Below are positions 59,892 to 64,000 of a stretch of 64,000 nucleotides of DNA, in pieces (the stretch's first letter is position 1; the number at the start of each line of letters is the position of its first letter). Made by a program: the position numbers and the translations under genes. The DNA is taken from IMG/VR virus record IMGVR_UViG_3300010149_000010, one strand, 5' to 3'. The notes below the pieces were generated by a model, which saw only the letters and a program-made list of their open reading frames with translations, had not been told where the DNA came from and searched no databases. Source of the stretch: a virus.

Positions 59892-59931
59892 AATTTGTTT
59901 CCTTTAATGGAGAGATTATAGCAACTCTCCA
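59886..59931 (+). promoter_or_regulatory. Repeated AATTT-N9-AATGG-hairpin element, copy 3
   Basis: TTTTTTAATTT GTTTCCTTT AA TGGAGAG-ATTATAGCAA-CTCTCCA. Confidence 0.55.
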
Positions 59932-60002
59932 GCCTTCAGAATAGAAGGTGCCATTAGGCTTCGTGGTATACACACAACCCCCTACAGAAAGGGACTGAGA
60001 CA

Positions 60003-63000
60003 ATGCGTAAAGCAATTTTCTCACTTTTCCTTGGCCTGCTGTGGGCAGCTAGCTGTTATTCAGTCTATGTTGCTCCTCTAGCATTGCCTGCGTCCGCCGT
60101 GGATGCAGCGCCAATTGTTCATCCTTCAGCAGAGGTCGCAAAACCTCTTGCTACCAACCGCACTGACAACGCAACTGCTGAGATTGACCATCTTCGCAGT
60201 ACTACTATTAACAGTGGAAGCTCTACCCCTAGTCAAGGTACCTTCCCCATTAATAACCCTAACGCATTACGTCCTCGTCGTAGAGGTATTATGCGTCGCA
60301 GAAAGCTGAAGTCACGAAAGGGCAACCGCCTTGTTAGTGATGCCTTTATCAAATTTGTCTTTGGTTACCACCGTGTAACTTACATGAGTGGCAATTGGCT
60401 GTGTTACGAAGAGACGCCTTACACAGAGGCAGACTTCAAAGTGAGTAAACCAGCTAAAGCTCGTAAGAAAGCGAAGAAATCCTGGCGTCAGCTAAAGGGT
60501 GAGGCAACACGTCTTTACCAGAAGGCTGCAAAGCTTCGTAAGCGCAATCCAGAATATCCGCCTGCAATAGCCTGTGCGGTGTTTGCCAAAGCACAAAAAC
60601 TTCATCATAAAGCCAATGATATGAAGAAGGCATTAAAAGAGGCTCAACCGACAGCACGTCAACAGCGTTCATTCCGACGCTCAGTGTTGAGAGCGGAAGC
60701 CAAAACTTGCGAGCAGTTTATCAAAGCTGAGTTAGTGAGCAATGTGGACCAAGCTAAAGAGCTGATTCAAAAGGTCCTCAGTGGTGACACTAATGGAGCT
60801 GCATTGAGACTATTACAAAAATCTCAATTAGGGCGCATTTACGTAAAATATGGTATCCTCCAGGCGCCGATGAAAGAGGAAGAAGTCGAGAGACCTACGA
60901 ACCCAGTAGTCAGACACATCAAAGTAGCAGAAACCCCTGCAAGGGTATGGACCCCATTGATGCGTGCAGCGATTATAGTTATTGCACCACTCATGCTAGG
61001 TATGGATGCGGATGTAGGTACCGTCGCAGAAGTCACTTATGCTAGTGCTTCTGGTGGTATTTTAATGATGACCCTGAAGAACGTCTTGAATACTCCAGCC
61101 CGTAAGCGTGAAGCAGCGCAAGACGGGTACAATCGTTACGCAGAGCAGTCGATCAAAGCTGCAAAGGGTAGTGAATGGGATGTTTTCTCCCTCATGCGAT
61201 TCAGTCGCAGTGGTAAAGGTGCGCCGATCACCAACGGCAAAGCCCACGATACTGACAAGCAGAAGGGTCGTGCTGTCCGTATTATTCAAGATAGCATCGG
61301 CGGGGCGTACTGCCCAAAGGTAAAGTCATTCGCCAGGATGCTTGGAATTGAACTCGGCGTGGACAACTGTCTCCGTTATGAAGTTGACGACCAAATGGAT
61401 GAGGTACTAAAAGCTGACGTCGTCGAGATCTTAATGGCAGCCAGCTTTGTTATTCTTTGTGACGGCTTTGCTGTTCACAAGAGCATTGCTCGCCCCTTCA
61501 TTGAGTACGGGGAGACTATGTTCGGCAATGCTGTAGCTGTGCGCTCTTACTTCCGCAGTCTAATCACCACACCAGAGCTCTACACGGTCAACCAGGACTT
61601 ACCTATCTTCTTGGGTGACCTCGATGAGCTTATGGGATGGGCGGAGAACGATGGTGGCGCTGTGCATACCAATCGCCTGAGCGTGAGCATGCAGTTCCGA
61701 GGGATCGCGAAAGTGCTTGAGGCGAAGTACCGCATCTTGTCCAAGGGCATCACAACTTCTGCTAAGGTTATTGCTGACATCACTGATGACGTCGACAAGC
61801 CTGTCTTCGTCAACTATGAAGGCGATGAGGAAGGCCACATCAAGGGTGAGGTTCGCCTAAGCAAAAAGGTTGACGAGTGCATCCGTGTTGCAGTAGAGGA
61901 AGAATTCAACGCTCTGCATGCTGTTAACACGGCGACTAAAGAGCAGCTTTGCTTAGTTGCAGGAATTGGCCCTAAGACCGCTGAAAAGATCGTTGAAGCT
62001 CGTAATGCTGCAGGTGGGGCATTCGCTGACATGGATGCGTTCTACAACGTGTCAAGGCGCCTTGATCCCAGCAACCCGGACGCGCTTCGCGTCTTGCGTT
62101 GGTCTTTTGGCCACAAGGGCCGTGTTTACTCAGTGGGCCTATTCCTTGACAAGGGTTGTCTCAAGGGAGAAGACAAGAATGCTTGGGACTGGAACAAGCT
62201 CAACTTCTTCGGCGTCAACGGCCAAAATGTCGACTTCTGGTCTATCGCTATCGACCAGATTGGCGGCAAGATCAGCTTGGGCTGGCAGGTAGTCCAGTTA
62301 TTAGACGCTGACTTCATCGGCGGTTTGTTCAAGAACACTGATGGTAGTCTTGGAATCGCGGCCCAAAAGTTAGCGCGCCAGATCGACAATGCAATCGAGC
62401 AGGAACACCCTCTTTGTAAGCATCTCCTTGATGCAATTGAAGACAAGGGCGGTGACATTGAAAACTTGATGTCAGCCGTAAAAGCTATTTCCGTGCTTCA
62501 GGGCCTCGGGAAGACCGCCTCTAAGCGCATCAGCAATGGTCTCGGTGCGAAGGCAGGATCTTACTATGTTCAGATGATCGACATGGGTGGCGACTGGGTA
62601 ATTATCAAAACACCCAAGGCCAAGGATGGCAAGGGTTACAAGCGATGGGCTACTTGCTTCTTCGGTCGTACACCGAACCAGGGGCACGAGACCGTCCGCG
62701 CACCTATGGCGCTATCACCAACTTATGTCGGTGGATTCTTGAGGGATTATCTTGATAATGGCTTTGACGCTGTAGAGAAGCACGGCAAACAAGCCGTAAA
62801 ATTCGTTATGGGTCTCAATGATGCTTGTGGTCATGATACCGATGTAGTACGTCTTCGCTGCCGTGCGATCTTGACGATGCTCCCAGCTGTAATTGATGGA
62901 ATTGCTTTAGTCGACTCAACTCTACAACAAAAGGTATGCGGCGACAATGATGGCGACCGTAACATGATCAGCTTCGACAAGATGCTCGTTGCAATCGCCA

Positions 63001-64000
63001 AGCATATCACCCGTAAGCATCCTACTACATTCCCTGCGCGCGAGCAGTCAAAGAAGTTCGTTCTCAATACCTTTGATGATGTGGTCTTGGAGAAGGGCGG
63101 CTGGCTTCGTAGCTTTAACAAGTACATGAAAACAGGTGACTCTTCGGAGTTGCTTCTCATTTCCAAGTTCCTTTCTGCCCCCGGTGGGACTCCAGGGCAA
63201 GGGAACGTGGGTGGTGTGACGCAATGTGCTGCTGCACCAATGCTTTTCTGTGACTGGCACTGGGTCAAGAAGGATGGCAAAGATGTCTACGAGCCAGTCA
63301 ATCCAGCCGCTCGCAAGTTGGTCAATTATCTTTACTTGTGCCAGCAGATCGCCATTGACCGCCAAAAGTATTACTATTTGGCGCCTTCGCTGCTGCATTG
63401 GTTCTTTGCTGACCTTGAGGTTGGTGACGCAGTCATCAAAGAGTTGAAGGCAGGCGGCCATGCGGACACTAATTGGCTTCACAGTCACTACCCAATTCAG
63501 GGTGCTGCTGATATGTCGTTCGAAGAATACCAAGCCGCTTGGAAAAATGGTACATTGCCTGTGATCTCAGAGATCATCCCAGGCATGGGTAAAGGCGCTA
63601 TGGGCGGTCAATCTGTCGCTCCGATGATGTACTCCAACGGCCCGCTTTACGTGTGGACCGCGTGGCAGGTTAACGGTATTAACCTCGGCTTTGATTACTT
63701 CGATAAAGACAGGATGGTTGAGCTTTCTGGGTTCTTTGACGAAGAGATTGCTCAGACTGCTGACTGGCAGGGTATCATTGACCACCTCAATCTCAGTGTC
63801 TCAGCTGAACAGCTCGAGGAAAGCTGGGTGTGGCCTGGCTACATCACGGGTTGGGTCAACACCAACTTCCGTGAGTCTCAAGATCTCTCTCCAGAGACCT
63901 TCCAGTCTGCTCGCATCCATGCCAACAATGTGTGGCTCGAGAAAATGGAGCAGGCAGGTATCGATGCTGACCCAGCCGTAACTCTCGTTGAGAGTGGGTT
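60003..64000 (+). CDS. Single-chain two-barrel RNA polymerase of the YonO / cellular-RdRP-like type (>1332 aa, runs off window end) with hydrophobic N-terminus and HhH insert
   Basis: Hand translation from ATG 60003 gives an uninterrupted frame with ordered motifs NDGG (61647), QFRG (about 61692), SKG (61740), KGCLK, SLGWQVVQLL, GRTP (62664-62675), GDNDGD (D981-D985, 62943-62957), GNVGGVT, QQIAIDRQK (63342-63368). Confidence 0.85.
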   Translation, partial: MRKAIFSLFLGLLWAASCYSVYVAPLALPASAVDAAPIVHPSAEVAKPLATNRTDNATAEIDHLRSTTINSGSSTPSQGTFPINNPNALRPRRRGIMRRRKLKSRKGNRLVSDAFIKFVFGYHRVTYMSGNWLCYEETPYTEADFKVSKPAKARKKAKKSWRQLKGEATRLYQKAAKLRKRNPEYPPAIACAVFAKAQKLHHKANDMKKALKEAQPTARQQRSFRRSVLRAEAKTCEQFIKAELVSNVDQAKELIQKVLSGDTNGAALRLLQKSQLGRIYVKYGILQAPMKEEEVERPTNPVVRHIKVAETPARVWTPLMRAAIIVIAPLMLGMDADVGTVAEVTYASASGGILMMTLKNVLNTPARKREAAQDGYNRYAEQSIKAAKGSEWDVFSLMRFSRSGKGAPITNGKAHDTDKQKGRAVRIIQDSIGGAYCPKVKSFARMLGIELGVDNCLRYEVDDQMDEVLKADVVEILMAASFVILCDGFAVHKSIARPFIEYGETMFGNAVAVRSYFRSLITTPELYTVNQDLPIFLGDLDELMGWAENDGGAVHTNRLSVSMQFRGIAKVLEAKYRILSKGITTSAKVIADITDDVDKPVFVNYEGDEEGHIKGEVRLSKKVDECIRVAVEEEFNALHAVNTATKEQLCLVAGIGPKTAEKIVEARNAAGGAFADMDAFYNVSRRLDPSNPDALRVLRWSFGHKGRVYSVGLFLDKGCLKGEDKNAWDWNKLNFFGVNGQNVDFWSIAIDQIGGKISLGWQVVQLLDADFIGGLFKNTDGSLGIAAQKLARQIDNAIEQEHPLCKHLLDAIEDKGGDIENLMSAVKAISVLQGLGKTASKRISNGLGAKAGSYYVQMIDMGGDWVIIKTPKAKDGKGYKRWATCFFGRTPNQGHETVRAPMALSPTYVGGFLRDYLDNGFDAVEKHGKQAVKFVMGLNDACGHDTDVVRLRCRAILTMLPAVIDGIALVDSTLQQKVCGDNDGDRNMISFDKMLVAIAKHITRKHPTTFPAREQSKKFVLNTFDDVVLEKGGWLRSFNKYMKTGDSSELLLISKFLSAPGGTPGQGNVGGVTQCAAAPMLFCDWHWVKKDGKDVYEPVNPAARKLVNYLYLCQQIAIDRQKYYYLAPSLLHWFFADLEVGDAVIKELKAGGHADTNWLHSHYPIQGAADMSFEEYQAAWKNGTLPVISEIIPGMGKGAMGGQSVAPMMYSNGPLYVWTAWQVNGINLGFDYFDKDRMVELSGFFDEEIAQTADWQGIIDHLNLSVSAEQLEESWVWPGYITGWVNTNFRESQDLSPETFQSARIHANNVWLEKMEQAGIDADPAVTLVESG

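Larger units (their letters stand above)
1..64000. mobile_element. Segment of a large lytic-type myovirus (probable jumbo phage) genome: virion morphogenesis module plus start of a putative early region
   Basis: Terminase, portal, prohead protease, capsid, sheath, tube, chaperone, tape measure and hub genes in canonical order; dense co-oriented ORFs; no bacterial housekeeping genes or integrase in the window. Confidence 0.95.

Noticed and set aside
57600-59931. Repeated hairpins as a CRISPR array or attC cassette array
   Set aside because: Copies are divergent and separated by whole genes; no cas or integrase gene, no constant repeat-spacer period, no attC core sites recognised
60103-63981. 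Many short track ORFs on both strands
   Set aside because: They overlap the continuous RNAP frame from 60003 and have no RBS or motif support

Overview
The whole window is bacteriophage DNA from a large contractile-tailed (myovirus-type, probably jumbo) phage; no host genes, tRNA, rRNA or CRISPR were seen. Positions 1-55862 (minus strand, AT-rich) carry a near-complete morphogenesis module. In transcription order it runs: terminase small subunit, DEDDh+SNase nuclease fusion, Gly/Ala-rich proteins flanking the terminase large subunit, portal, multi-domain prohead protease, capsid proteins, neck, sheath, four tube paralogs, two tail chaperones, two tape-measure-like giants, and a >3050-aa baseplate hub with M15 peptidase and amidase domains. 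After about 57000 (plus strand, higher GC) lie putative early genes separated by a repeated terminator + AATTT-N9/10-AATGG-hairpin element. Two very large ORFs are absent from the supplied track because they run off the window edges (minus 9161..<3, plus 60003..>64000). The main finding is a candidate self-contained two-polymerase transcription system. One part is a YonO/cellular-RdRP-like single-chain two-barrel RNA polymerase (DNDGD) with a signal-peptide-like N-terminus at 60003. The second is a 2395-aa tape-measure-locus protein with RxP and DFDAD motifs, a candidate tail-delivered virion RNAP. Both carry an inserted ComEA-type helix-hairpin-helix, and the repeated hairpin elements are candidate promoters. 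All assignments come from motif reading and synteny; no database search was run.
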